Origin: Dipteris shenzhenensis
Taxonomy: Eukaryota
DNA length: 64,000 nt
Assembly: GCA_047967505.1 (NCBI GenBank)
Contig: CM106538.1
Strand: one strand, 5' to 3'
The stretch's first letter is position 1. Each line of letters opens with the position of its first letter. The notes under the pieces are model-generated. The model saw only the letters and a list, made by a program, of their open reading frames with translations, had not been told where the DNA came from and made no database searches. Both the position numbers and the translations under genes were made by a program. This document shows, one piece after another, positions 24,584-37,850 of the stretch.

Positions 24584-25435
24584 CATGAGTGAAAGGGCCA
24601 TATCTTGAAGTTCAATTTTGGGAAGAAAGGGTGGCTTCCAAAGGTGCAACATGTCTACATGGGAAAAGACATGCAGATGCCTCCATCATTCAACCAATCT
24701 AGGATGCCATCACACTTTAAGTTTTTCTATCTATGTACCTTTTTAAGTGTAATGAGTCAATTTTGACATTTTATGTTGGTATGATAAGAGCTCCTACTTA
24801 TGGAAGATGTATACCCTTTGGACTTTGAGGAGTGGGATCCAGTGGAGTCACTCATAGGTAAGTTCATTGGGCGAGATCATGCTTTAGCCCATTACCTTGG
24901 TGAACTGGCACTGTACATCGTGGTCTTCCACAACAAATACTCACCTCTACGGACTACGGGTTGATGAAGTGCAAAGCCTTGTCATGTGCTATCGGGTACT
25001 CAAGCATCTCTCAGAGTGTTGACAAGGACATTTTGGTGCATCGCTTTATTGTCGTCACTGCATTTGGATCAAATATCCATGGTATGGCATTGGCAGCAAC
25101 AACTATGTCATTAGCAATAGGAGAGGAAGATCTCACTACCACTAATACTAAGTTTATATCTAAGAGTGCTCTCAGGGAATCAAAGACCCCTATTTTTGAT
25201 ATATTATAAGCTAAGAAGGATAGGCCATGAGCCTTCTTTGCAAATGACTTTGGAATACAAATATCTTTTTCTAATAATCTTCTTATTCAAATATTTTGTA
25301 TTTTGTATGTCGATCTACAGTTTTCCTTCTTTTGACTATCGCTTTAATATTTGTTTTCAGTCATCATTGTTCTCGATATTCCCATTTTAACATATGCCAT
25401 CATCTTAATTGCATTAGTTTTGGACACCCTAATGA

Positions 25436-25567
25436 TCATTTCTAGCAAATCTAAGCTAAATCTCACGTGTCGTGGCATGTTTGTGGGTTTCTAGGCTCGT
25501 GGAGACATTAGAACCACTTTTCACTTTTGTGGCATGGTGAGATTCAGCTTGGATTTGCCAGAAATGA
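25436..25567. repeat. Small foldback element (31-bp inverted arms)
   Basis: tcatttctagcaaatctaagctaaatctcac versus the reverse complement of gtgagattcagcttggatttgccagaaatga: 28/31, all mismatches transitions. Confidence 0.8.
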
Positions 25568-25857
25568 CTTGGTCATAATGAAATTATGTTAGCTATCCTT
25601 TTAGAAGAAGAAAAAAAGGAAATAAACCATAACAGATACAAATGTTTTGGCCCTATGGGCAATAGATATAGTGTAATCCTTCTACAAAAATGTAAACAAG
25701 GCCTAAGGCTAGGTTCCAGCCGATCCACGAGATCCAGGTCCTTGTCCATTAGTGCCCCCAAAGCACCTTTGCAAAAATGCAAATCTTGCTTGTATTTTTG
25801 TGTAGTTTCACTCCCAATGCATTGGAAAGGTGCACATGCACAACAAGACAAAGCACC

Positions 25858-27230
25858 CATAGACGCACGCACAGACGTGTTTCATGAACTAAAATAAAAA
25901 CTTACGGGCGCGTCTAGAGACCCGCGTCTAATTGCGCGTCTATATATCAGACTTACACGCGTATAGACGCGCACAAAGACACATAAAACACGCGTATAGA
26001 CGCGCACAAAGACACATAAATAGACGCGCTTATAAACGCTTTTATAGACGTGCGTATAGATGCAAGTCGAACAGACAGACGCGAATATAAACGCGTTTTT
26101 AAACACACTGATAGACGCGCCTTTAAAAAAAAAAAAAAAAAATTTACAGAATAGTGTGTATGTTGTGTATGCTATATAGTTACAAGAATCCCATATCCAC
26201 ATTCCGTAATTCAATTCTTACAGCCAACTGCATTTTAATTACAATTCCAAAATAAAATATTACAACTCCAAAACGCAATAAAATTGAAAGCTCAAAAAGT
26301 GCTTGTATATACATATAGCACGAAGCTAAGCCACGTCATGTGGCTTCAAGTACAAAAAATAAGGAAGCTAAGCCATGTCATGTGGCTTCAAGTACAAAAA
26401 ATAAGAGGAGTCTATATACAAGAGGCACGAAGCCAAGCCAGTGGCTTTAAGTACAAAAAAGAGTAGCTAGCATTACTTATACGACTAATCTATGTTCTCT
26501 AGGTCCGTTTAACAGGGCATCTGTGTGAGCATCTACATACACGTCTGTGTGTCTAAAACAAGCCAGACGCACGGATAGATGTGCCTGTAGACGTGCGTTT
26601 AGATGCGCCCTTAGACGCGCCTATAGACGTGCTCCGACAGGCGAGAATACTAAAAAGTCGAAAAGGACGTTGCGCCCGACAAAAGAACGTGTCGCTCATA
26701 CCTAGATCCTGCATTTCGTGGATGCGAGAAAGTACAAAACTGGAAAGAGCAAGCAAGAACAACTTCAAAAGGACTTACTTGGAAAAAGGTATGGAAGGAT
26801 CTTTCTTTTCCAAACTTGTTTCTTCTCCTTGTTCGTACTCCTCCTCTTCTTTAGGCTTGGAAGCAAGTGTAGGTACGGTCCCTTTCTCTTGAGTGAAAGC
26901 TTGGAACTGTGTATGGGAGGCTCTCTCTTAAGCTTCGAATCTATAGAACTGCTAATAAAGAAGGAAGGAAGCCGCTCGCAAAGTTTAAGTAATGAAAAGA
27001 AAAGCAAAGCGAGCGGCGCACCGAAAAGCAGGTTTAAAAGCCGCGTCTATAGTCGCGTTTATTAGCACGTCTATAGTCGTGTCTAAATACACAGAGTAGA
27101 TGCATCTATAGTGGTGTCTATTAGCGCGTCTACAGGCGCGTTTGAATACACAGAGTAGACGCGCGTTTAGACGCACAGTTAGACACGACCATAGATGCAA
27201 CTATAGACGCGGCGATAGACGCAACACAGA
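25858..27230. repeat. Clusters of TAGACGCG motifs in both orientations upstream of the CACTA transposase (subterminal-type repeats)
   Basis: Three clusters (25858-26120, 26540-26632, 27040-27230). The same motif precedes the second copy at 60095-60190. Confidence 0.75.
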
Positions 27231-27284
27231 GTTTAAGTTAAGCATTTGAAGAAGAGCAAATTTGGTGGGTTGTTTGTTTGTAGG

Positions 27285-30241
27285 ATGTCTCCATCTTCAA
27301 CAAGTAGCTCCGGTGAGGATGAATCCCTCCGTATCCACCATCGCGAAATGTGGTTGGAGCAAAAAATCAAATGTCTGTGTGATCGATGTCGAGGAAACAT
27401 GTATCGTGCACGCAGGATTACGCTCAATCATATCTCAAAGTATGGAGAATGGGATGTGACCGTAAACAGGGTAAGGGTTTGTAAGTTAAGGTTGATTGAG
27501 ATACCTATGGGTGTTCATATGTTTGAGTTATGATCCCGTTTTAATTTGATACAGGATGCAGTGCCACACCCGCACATGTTACCCTATGCCCATCGTGAGG
27601 AGGCGAAGCGTCGGCGATATGAGGTGGGATCTTCAGGAGGGACCGTTACGGATGCATGGAGTGATGGTGATAGTAGCCCTCCGCCATTACCTCATGAAGC
27701 CGTGGAGGAGGAGGTGTTTGATGATATGGTGCAGGATTTATATGTCCATCAAGGGAGGGATAATAGCATGGAGTAGGATGATCTTTTTACCGCAGCATCG
27801 ACTCCACTGTTTGAGGGGTGCACATTCTATGTTCTACGTGCCTCCCTTGAGTTACTAAACTTGCAAACCATCTATGGATGGAGCAATGCAAGTTTGAATG
27901 CATTACTCAAGTAAGCTTTAAAGTCGATTTTGCAAACATGGTGAATTATGCTAGTGGGTCAATTACTCGAATGCTTTTCCTCATTTATGGTCTTCACGTG
28001 CAGGCTATTGTGTAAAATGCTTCCAAGGGAGAATAAATTACCGACCTCAAGAGATATGGCAAGGAAACATGTGACCTCTCTTGGAGGATTAGATTACAAG
28101 CACATCCATGCATGTGTCAACGATTGCGTTTTGTTTCGTGGACTACATAAGGATGCAAGAGAGTGTCCTACTTGTGGAGAGCCAAGATATAGAGCAGATC
28201 TCAAAACCTTGGACGTGCCTCGTAAGGTATTGCGACATTTTCCCATAATCCCTCGCATCCAACATATGTTCAAGTGCAAATCTATTGCAGAGCTCATGTC
28301 ATGGCATTCCTCCCATCGATCAACCGATGGCAAGTGGAGAACTCCCGCGGACTCTCCTGCATGGAAGCATGTTGAAGACACATGGCCAAGCTTCAAGGAA
28401 GAACCTAGGAGCTTGAGACTTGGATTGGGTATGGACGGTGTGAACCCATTTGGTCTCAAAAGCACGTCTTACAGTGTATGGCCAGTGGTATTGGTGAATT
28501 ACAATCTTCCACCCTCTATGGCTATTAAGAAAGGACATGTCATGCTGTCCCTTCTAATTCCAGGGAAACATAAAGTCAAAAACACTGCTGTTTATTTGGA
28601 GCCTTTGATTGATGAGCTATAGATACTTTGGAGAGGTATCGAGGTGCATGATGTGAGCAGGCCTCCCTCGTCATGAGACTTCAACTCTCCTTCAACTGCA
28701 AAGCAGTCTTGATGTGGACGATGCATGACTTCCCAGGCTATGGCGAGTGTTCAGGTAAGCATTGCATTTTTAAATTATGAATAGACAAAGGACGTGGCAC
28801 CCTAAACCCACCTTCCACTCTTAATTGCATCTATTGTTTCAGGTCTCACTACATCGGGTTACCATGCATGTCCTGTTTGTGGTCCTTCGCTAGTTGCCTC
28901 ATGGGAAGACGCATTGAATAAGGTCATCTATGAGAATCACCATCGATTTCTCCCACCTGATCATCCTAGATATGTTGCCCCTTGGAATGAAGTCCTCCCA
29001 CAATCACTCACCGCGGGAGATTGGATGAGAATTTGGGACGGTTCCACGACTCCTCCACCACGTGGCATGAGCCGGTAAGGATTTGTAACTATTGGCTGGA
29101 AGTAAAGATTGGCTATATTGGTTGAAAGTAAAGATTGCACGATAACACTTTATTTTGTTTAAATACTCCATCTTTTATCGTTTACCATATTGGTCCCACC
29201 TCAAGATCAATCACCTGCTCGATCCCATGCATATTTTCAAGAATGTGGCATCTACCATTTGGGAGCATTTGAATGGGACACGAGATTCGGCAGGCATAAG
29301 GGAGGATCTACGTACCACAGGGAGGATGCGTGAAGCTTGGCCTCAAGAGAGACCAAATGGGCGTGTTTTTTTACCTCGTGCACCGTGGATGTTATCAAAG
29401 CTAGAGATGGGGACGGTGAAGCACGCTATTACTACAATTCGTACTCCCACTGGATGCATGAGGTGTTTGAAGGGAGCCTTTACAAAGAGCAAGAAAAGAG
29501 GTGTAGAGCAATTATATGGCTTGAAATCTCATGATTGGCACAAGATGCTCCAAGTAAGTATTTTATATGCATAATATCTTTTTCCTTTTAAATTTGTGAG
29601 TGAATAGCTATAAGCAACTAATCAACCACCTCCTCGCGGGTTCAGTTCATACTACCTACTAGCATTTCACGTAGTGCATCAAAGGACGTGAAAGATTGTA
29701 TTTACAAGATGGGCGAGCTTGTGAGGTATGTGAGCTCAAAGGAAATAGATCCCACCACGCTTGAGAATGCTCGAGTTATGTCAGTGGAGGCGGTTTGTTT
29801 AGTGGAGGAGACATTTCCACGTTCTATTCTCACAAGCCAACTACATCTCATAGTACATTTGGTGGATGAGATTGCTATATGCGGTAGTATACATGCACGA
29901 TGCTTGTTCTTCCTCGAGCGCTTCATGAAGACGTTGAAGGGCTTCGTGAGACAAAATGCAAGACCCGAAGGTAGCATGGCCGAGGGTTGGTTGGTACAAG
30001 AGTCACTTGTATATATTTCTGAGTTTCTTGTTGATGTGGATAGCTGTCTCCCACGACTATGGAGAGATGATGAAGACCTAAGGATGACTGCTATTGTGCC
30101 TCAAGGAAAAGGACGCAACAAAGTAATAGACACGGAGTTGCGTAATAGTATCAACCTCTTTTGCGTGCTTAATAGTGATGTGATGAAAAGATGGGTGACA
30201 AGATACGAGGATGCAAAGGCAAGAGGACAAGAAGAAAGGGC
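27285..30241 (+). mobile_element. CACTA/En-Spm TnpD-like transposase gene, copy 1 (pseudogene, 3'-truncated)
   Basis: CLCDRC...H (transposase-associated domain), IHACVNDCVLF, PADSPAW, LGLGMDGVNPF, WPVVLVNYNLPP, MHDFPGYG, HACPVC, HLLDPMHIFKN, GLKSHDWH, HLIVHLVDE, ERFMKTLK..V..ARPEGS (Transposase_21/DUF4218 motifs). GT-AG introns. Breaks after EERA at 30241. Confidence 0.96.
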
Positions 30242-30356
30242 ACATTTGCTTGTTTGAATGTCCTTTCTGTTGTCACTTGTTGCTTGGGTGCCATCTTCAT
30301 TCACTCTCATCTGACCACCATTACCTTCAGTCTTTCTCGATGTTTGAATGGTTTTA

Positions 30357-33300
30357 TCATGGACATTCTTCATTTTCACTATCTCCTTCTACTTCCTCCT
30401 TGGTGAGCATCTTTATGAATTTTGTAATGTGCAAAATAATTGGTTGCAGTAATTTATTTTTTCTTTTACATCATACCCCATGTGCTTCTTCGTTTTCTTC
30501 ATCCTTGATTTCCAAGATACTATGATTATCGCTGTGGAAAGCTTTGAAATTGCATCATGGTTTGGTGGGGCCCCATCCCTTTTTCAAACAACTACTATAC
30601 AATGTATTGTTATCCTGGTTCTCCTTCCTACCCCTTGGCTCATACCATACCACTGTAAATGTTATAGCTCTCCCTTGGTCATCCATGCTTGCATCCACTA
30701 CTTTTGTAACCCAAAACTTCACGTTCTCATGTTCATCATCTGATGGTCGAACTGTAAAAAATAAATGGACGTCTATGTCTATTTGTGGCATAAGCTCTCT
30801 CTTTTTGGGTCCACAATATGGATGTGGGAGCAGCGATTTAAACTCATTTTCAAAGAGACCACATGCTGGGTGCAAGTCATTACCAACATTTGGCCAAAAT
30901 AAAAGCCGTTCTGCCTTAATATCATCTTCTCGCATTTTTGCAAGGTCCTTTATCAATTGGTAGGTCTTGCTAATTACAATAGGAGTGTGTTCCTTCCAAG
31001 AGGGCTTCCAATCAAGAAATATCCGGAGCATTTCCTCTTTGTATGTAATAAAAGCTTTTAATCCTTGTATTTAACCTTTGGATTTCTCGTTGAATTCTTT
31101 TATAGGAGCCCATGTTGGATGCATTTATTTTCTTGGAATTAAAGTTAAGAGACAGTAAGGTTCTTCAGGTTCCCATTTTGTATCAAGAGAATAGTGTTGC
31201 CACTGCATCACTGGTTTTTCATCCTTTAAGAAAAAGCAAAAATAGTGTGGAGTACCATGACCTATCAGGGAATCACCACCTTTTTGTATGAAAGGTATAA
31301 TAAAGCTCTTCCAATCACACATCCTTTCAACTGTTGAGCATATTGTACCTTCCTTGCGGCCACCAACTTGCCTTCCACATTTTCTTATCAAGTCATCTAT
31401 CGTCTCCATGTCCTTATGTTTTACTTCTCTTGAGACTATGCTAAATACCTGATTGATATCCTCATGTGTCTGCCCAACAAAAAAAAACCCAACTTCAATC
31501 TCATTGAAGATTTGATGAGGGATTAGCATTGAGCAAAATGCAAAGAAAAGCACATTCTTATTCTCTTGTCCACAATTGTCTACCTGTACTCTCAGAGTTG
31601 TTGGTAGGTGACCTCTTTCTACATGTACATTGTGAATTTCCTTCATAATGGATGTTATAACTTGATTGCTATCATGTAGATGCAAGGAATCAATCCAAAT
31701 GTTTGCAAAAAAATTAAATCCATGCACTAACACTCCACATAAATGTGTCTTCAAAAAGTATTTTCCTTGTAGCTTAGGTGGAGTGTTAACGAATTGAGGT
31801 AATGTTGTTGTATTTTGATCCATACCATCTACAATAACGCACATGTACTCATTTGGATGAGAAATAGCTTGCTCCTTCCAAAATGTAGATTTTAATCTAG
31901 AATGTCAAACAAGTCCATGATGAAATTCTTTGCTTTTTTTGTATGCTGCTTTTTTTTCTAGAGATGTTGCACTCTCAAATGCTCACTTTAGATCATCGCA
32001 GTCATTGCACTTTGACATTTTTTGCCTCTTTGAGATGTTAACATATCCAAAGCTCTTTTTCCAAAGAGTATACAAAGTATGAAAAGATGCTAGAGCATGC
32101 CCTCTTTGCCTTTGTGTTTCTCCAATAGAGTTAAATACTTCTTTTTTTTGTCAAACTTATCAGAAGATCCATTTCAGATAGATGGGGCTAAGGTAAAGCA
32201 TTTTCATGAATGCAGTCTTTCAAAATGTAGTATTTACCACAACTGTTGATGTTCTTGTTCTGGGCCTTCTAGTATTTCCATGAATGTTAATTTTTACTCC
32301 ATACTTTTCTTTATTATCCAAATTCCAATATGTGCCATGTGATAATCTTGTAATAATGCGATATGCATTATCGCAAATACTTTTTCCATTTATAAGAGGC
32401 CTTATCTGTTGTCTTGAACTTGCCTTCTCTTGTCATTTATAAGAAAGCAAGAGAGTCTTGTGAGTAGGTATTCATTTCTTCTACTACCTCTCCTTTGATA
32501 GACATGTTCTCTACCCTTGATGTCATGTAAGTTAATGGATCACATGCATCTACGCTTACATCATGTAGATCGCATTGCTTTTAGAATAACACCTTCATTC
32601 ATTACTCTTATTCTCTTTGGTTGCTTTTCTGGATCTTCCTAGACTCGCTTTTGTTTTATGCATCTGTATGTCCATTTTTGGGGCTTCCATGCATCCTTAT
32701 TTGGATTTGCGAAGTTCTCCTTGTAAGATTTATTTGTCACTTTGTTTTCATGGGATGTTGCATCCTTGATCTTATTAGTGTGAGAATCAAAGTCAAATAC
32801 CAAATAGTCCTTTGTTGATCTCATCCCTTCTTTTGATACATTTGTAGAACCATTTACATTGATTGTTTCATGGGAGGTTGCATCCTTGATCTTATCACAT
32901 TCAAAGTCAAACACTAAATAGTCCTTTGTTAATCTCATCCCTACTTTTGATACAATCATAGAACTATTTTCATTAACTGTCACAGTGGCGATAGAGTGTC
33001 TAGAATGATCTTCAAGCTACTCATCTATTCTTGAGAGAACATCACTCATTGATGCACTTTCTATGGATTTCATAACTCCATAGTCTTGAATCTCCTCTAC
33101 TCCAAAGAGAACATCAATCATTATATCATCATGCATGATTTCCATAATTCCATAGTTACTTGGTTTGACTCCAAGAAATTTATCAGTATCCATGAAGTCA
33201 TCGATGCTTGATAAAATATCACTTTTGACATCTTTGCCCAAGTGCTCAATGTACATGAATTCATCCACTTAGGATAAGGCATCACTTGTGAAATTTTTTT

Positions 33301-34040
33301 CTTTCTCGGTACCAATGAACTCATCGACTCCTAATAAGATGTCAGTGCTATGTTTGAGTGCATTGGAATCATCCATCTTTTAAGGAATTGAGATTGATAC
33401 ATTGGCATATTCTTTCAATTCTAGATATTGTAGTATACATTATGTTTATCATTAAAAACCACATGCTGAGTCTTTACAATCTTTAAAAATTGCATGCTCC
33501 ATCGCAAATCCTTACCTACCTCCTAGTAGGGACCATCCAATGAGATTGAGTTATCATCTGTACCATCATTAGTAACTTTTCAAATTCTCAAGACTTGACG
33601 TTTTGCTACGTACCACTTGTTCAAATCCCAAGACTTGACCTTTTGCTATGTAAATGATATCATTTGTAAAATATCTCCCACTCTAAAATCCAAAAATATG
33701 CACTTTATATTCCTCATGACATGCGTTGGATAAGTCTCATCTCTGTCCCATGAAATCAATGCTTTGTTGGAAGTATTATAGGGCATAACATCTCCAAGGA
33801 TTTCCATTACCGCCACTAAGAATCCCCACACTTATGCTTTAGCTCAACATGTGCACTAAGAATCTTTGATACGATAATTGCCACCTTATCTTCATCACCA
33901 AGTCATCTAAAGTGACAAATAGAATTTGGATCAATTTCATGGATTGTAGCAAATGCAACTACTTCTCTTTTGCGACATAGAATCACCTCCATCCTTGGAA
34001 TAAAATTTGTGTCCATCTCCTTTGTGAGCTTCCTTTGCAA
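30357..34040 (-). pseudogene. Sola/DUF7869-like DDD transposase, copy A (multiple frameshifts)
   Basis: VIVDGMDQN, THLCGVLVHG, QVDNCGQENKN, FFVGQTHEDINQVFS, DWKSF; C-terminal FWVTKV...VVWYEP. Homologous along its length to 55660-59390. Confidence 0.85.
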
Positions 34041-34202
34041 GTAAGTTGTAACAATCATTATAAAGAGCATTAGTCTCTTTTCAATAATCGACTTTATTGA
34101 TTATTTAGAAATCTGGATCTTGTTTAGAAAATATGGGAGGTCTTATTTAGAAATCTAGGTTTTCAATAAAGGGTTTAGGATTCAATAATTAGCAATCTCC
34201 AA

Positions 34203-35147
34203 AATCCTAACCCTAACCCATAAACCTTAAATCTTAAAATCTAACCCATAAACCCTAAACCCTAACTCCTAAACCATAAGTCCTAACCCTAAACCATAAC
34301 CCTTAATCCCTAAACCTTAAACCCTAATCGTGGCCCTCTAAACCCTAAACCCCAACCCCTAAATCCTAACCCCTAATCCCTAAACCCAAAACCCTAACCC
34401 CTATCCTTAAACCCTAACCCCTAACCCCTAATCCCTAAATCTTAAACCCTTATCTTGGCCCTCTAACCCCTAAACCCTAAACACTAACCCCTAAATCCTA
34501 ACTCCTAAATCCTAACCCGTAAACCCTAACACCCTAATCCCTAATCCTACAATCCTAATCTTTGCCATTTAAACCCTAAATCCTAACCCCTAAACCCTAA
34601 ACCCTAGCCCCTAAACCCTAATTCCTAAACCCTAACATGTAACTCACCTCTAATCCTTAAACCCTAAACCCCAACCCCTAATCCCTAAACCTTAAACCCT
34701 AATCTTGGCCCTCTAGACACTAAACCCTAAATCCTTAACCCCAAACGCTAACTCTTAAATCCTAACCTATAAACCCAAAACCCTAATCCCTAAACCTTAA
34801 ACCCTAATCTTGGCCCTCTAAACCCTAAACCCTAACCCCCAAACCCTAACTCCTAAACCCTAACCTGTAAACCCTTACCCCTAATCCCTAACCCCTAAAC
34901 CCTAACCCCTAAATCCTAACCCCTAATCCCTAAACCTTAAACCCTAAGCTTGGCCCTCTAAACCCTAAACCCTAACCCCTAAACCCTAAACCCTATCCCC
35001 TAAACCCTAACTCCTAAACCCTAACCCATAAACCCTAACCCCTAATCCCTAAACCTTAAACCCTAATCTTGGCCCTCTAAGCCCTAATTCCTAACCCCTA
35101 AACCCTAAACCCTAACCCCCAAACCTAACTTGTAAACCCTAACCCCT
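34203..35147 (-). repeat. Interstitial telomeric array (CCCTAAA/CCCTAA mix), degenerate, with higher-order structure
   Basis: ~950 bp of aaaccct/aaccct variants with a recurring atcttggccctct-like marker. Confidence 0.97.
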
Positions 35148-35148
35148 T

Positions 35149-36145
35149 TAGATGGTATGCTACTTGTGTTTATGGCATATTATGAGAAGTAAGTATCATC
35201 CCAACCTTTCTTTTACTCTTTTATTTGTATTATTGTGTCAATTAATACTTAATATTGTGTCAATAAATCTTTTATTCTTTATTGGTCATGTAGCTTACAT
35301 TGGCGCCTGATAGTATGGGATCTTCATGACAACCATTTTCGGTTTGTCAATTCATTTAGAGGCTTTCATGGCTCGGTGTTCAAGTAAGTGTTCTTTTAAC
35401 ATATCATTATGAACATTCATCTTACAATTTACTACACAAATTCACTTTTTCATATGTCATGATGAACAGGTCTGCAAACAAGTTAGTATTTTCTATTAGA
35501 AAAATCAGGCAGCATCAAGACCAACCAAATTTTCAAACACGTGTTGCAGTGGAGGAGAAAGACGGGTATAGCAGTGGGTGGAGGGTTACCTACAACTTCA
35601 TGTTCTTCCTTAATGAAATTTTTAAACATGTCTCAATAGAAGCATATACAAAGTTTGAGCTACAAGAATTTATGGTTAAGACTGTTCACAACCTAATTGC
35701 TACCATTGGGAAACAACATGATGTCAATGAAGAACTCAAGGAAGAGTCCACTCAATCACCCAGAGAAAAACAAGAGACAATTCAGTCTCCTTGTGCATCA
35801 CAGCCTCAAGCAGAGTTGCAACTTGCAAAGGAAGAAGAGAATGAGTCTATAGCAAAATGCTCATTACAGTCTCCACCTGAATTAGAGACTCAATGCATTC
35901 TTCCTACACAAGAAGTAGAGACTCAATGTGCATCTACAATATCACATCTTGTGAAGGAAGAAGAGATTGAGTGTATCCCAAAATTATTACATCTTGCACC
36001 AGAAGTACAAACTCAGTGTACAAAAGAAGAAGAGATGGAGTCTACTTCAAAATTATTACAGATTGCATAAGAAGTAGAGACTCAATTTACTCTTAGAGTG
36101 TCACAGCCTCAAGAGGATTCATCGGAATCTATTGGACCATTGTAA
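35149..36145 (+). pseudogene. 3' part of Ulp1/C48-like gene (second domain, Cys>Ser), copy A
   Basis: Exons: ...VFMAYYEK|gt; LHWRLIVWDLHDNHFRFVNSF|gt; EEKDGYSSGWRV followed by an acidic/Gln repeat tail. Homologous to 48440-47557. Confidence 0.75.
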
Positions 36146-36197
36146 AGCATGTAGATGACCTAAGAAACATGAGTCCTTGAATATTTTTATCTTGTTC

Positions 36198-36858
36198 CAC
36201 CGTGAGAGTGCACGGCCCATCTAATGTCTACACCCGATCCCCTCATTTAATTTTCTCACAACCGTGCCAGGTTCTCCTTTGCACTTCATCCACTTTCACT
36301 TTATGGAACACTGTGTGCACTGCACTATTCTTAAGGCTTTGTTTATTGAATGCGTGCTTGTAGAGATGTTGGTTTTAAGCCATCTTATAGGATCATGGGA
36401 ATCATTGAGCTTTTCTTGAGGGAATTTTAATTGGTGTTTAAATGTAGCTTTCTTAATAAAAGCACCACATCCATCATGTTCAGCCTTAGCATGGCTAGAC
36501 CCAAATAATTTCCACGTCATGCCTAGACCGGCCCCAGGGATTTGATCCTTGAGACAAAGTAGAATCCACGGGCTCAATCAAATTTAGAGAAAGCACCATC
36601 TAACCACACACAATGTTGTTTTAAATTTTTTGCATGGGGATCTTCTTTTTCCAACCATTCCCAATGCAGTAGAAAAGCATGCTGCACAAATAAGGTGTCC
36701 TGTTCCCTATCATCTGAAATGTAGAAATGGTATATGCGTTGCACTGACTTGGGCTCCTATGCGTCAGCAAGTAGATTGGTATCAATCGTAGAAGAATCAA
36801 GCAACTGACTGTATTTGATATGCACAAGAATTGTTCCCTACTTGTTGTAACAGTAAGC
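36198..36858 (-). pseudogene. Internal fragment of HGKG-type transposase inserted in copy A
   Basis: ISDD..QD..FVQH and MTWKLFGSSHAKAEHDGCGAFIK. Homology of copy A to copy B stops at 36197 and resumes after this segment. Confidence 0.75.
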
Positions 36859-37402
36859 AGTTTGTATCTGATATTGTTCTTGAAATGAATAATACACATT
36901 ACAAACTTGAACATGAGACCGAAATTTTATGGAATAATGATTTTTAATGAGACATTTAAAGAATTACAAGTGCTATGTTGCATGTAAAGCATTAGGATAT
37001 TTACTTATGATATTTATTCCATTTGTATTATTATTTGATTATATGTGAATACATAAGGGGCATTTACTTATGGATACACTTGATAAGATTTTGCGACTCA
37101 AAACAATAAGATTACTCAAATTATGCCATAGGGTCAAAGTTTATAGCATTATAGAGTCATAAGAGCCACACTTGATGAGAATTTGTGACTCAATAACAAA
37201 CTGTATTAGCAACTCCAATATGATCCGCTCAGCTTGGTAAAGAGCCACACTTGATGAGAATTTGCGACTCAAAAAAAAACTTTATTAGAAATTATAATAT
37301 GATCTGCTCAGCCCTACTAGGCTTGTTGTAGAGAATAAAAAATAAAATTATTGACTATTACAAGCCACATAGGCTGTGAGACCACACTGGAAGATCTCAT
37401 TG

Positions 37403-37850
37403 TTAGTCTCTCTTATCTTCTCAACAACCCAATCTTCCACTGACTCCATGTTTGTATCCTCAACATAATTACAATGAAGGAAGAAATTCAAGAAATCAGA
37501 GATTGTTTCTTGATAATTTCTTTGTGAGGCCCTTATTGTTCTTTCAGCATCTGCATCAAATCACCCATACCAAGTCTCTACCAAGTGCTACAATAACAAT
37601 GGTTACCTAAGAAGTCTAGCAGATCTTGTCATGCTTTTATAATATTTCGTAAAAGTCTTTTGATCTCTAGTATCTTCAAAGTCTCCTCCCTCTCTGCAAG
37701 CCTCTATGCATCAAATTCCTCTCTCTCCATCCATGTCAATGGAGAGCCTTGTCAAATTCTTGCCTCTCTCCTTGCTCCTTGGTCAACAATCCATTCCTTG
37801 AAACTTAATTCTGGACTCCACGTCTCCGATGATGCCAAGGACATCCATGG
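37403..37850 (-). pseudogene. Small helical ORF of unknown function, distant paralogue of 45893-46310
   Basis: KEWIVDQGARREAR..SPLTWMEREEF...YG*FD...IRASQ..YQETI...NYVEDTNMESVEDWV aligns by eye with KEWIAENQGKREER..APLTQYEKDDF...YGRFS...IRNKQ..MQEKI...NYIDEDEMSSALEWV. Confidence 0.6.

Noticed and set aside
26140-26156. TAGTG as a CACTA terminus
   Set aside because: No matching partner TIR or 3-bp TSD was found, and the same repeats continue on both sides.
34203-35147. True chromosome end or end-to-end fusion site
   Set aside because: Both arrays are short, degenerate, single-polarity and flanked by the same homologous modules; there is no head-to-head TTTAGGG/CCCTAAA junction.
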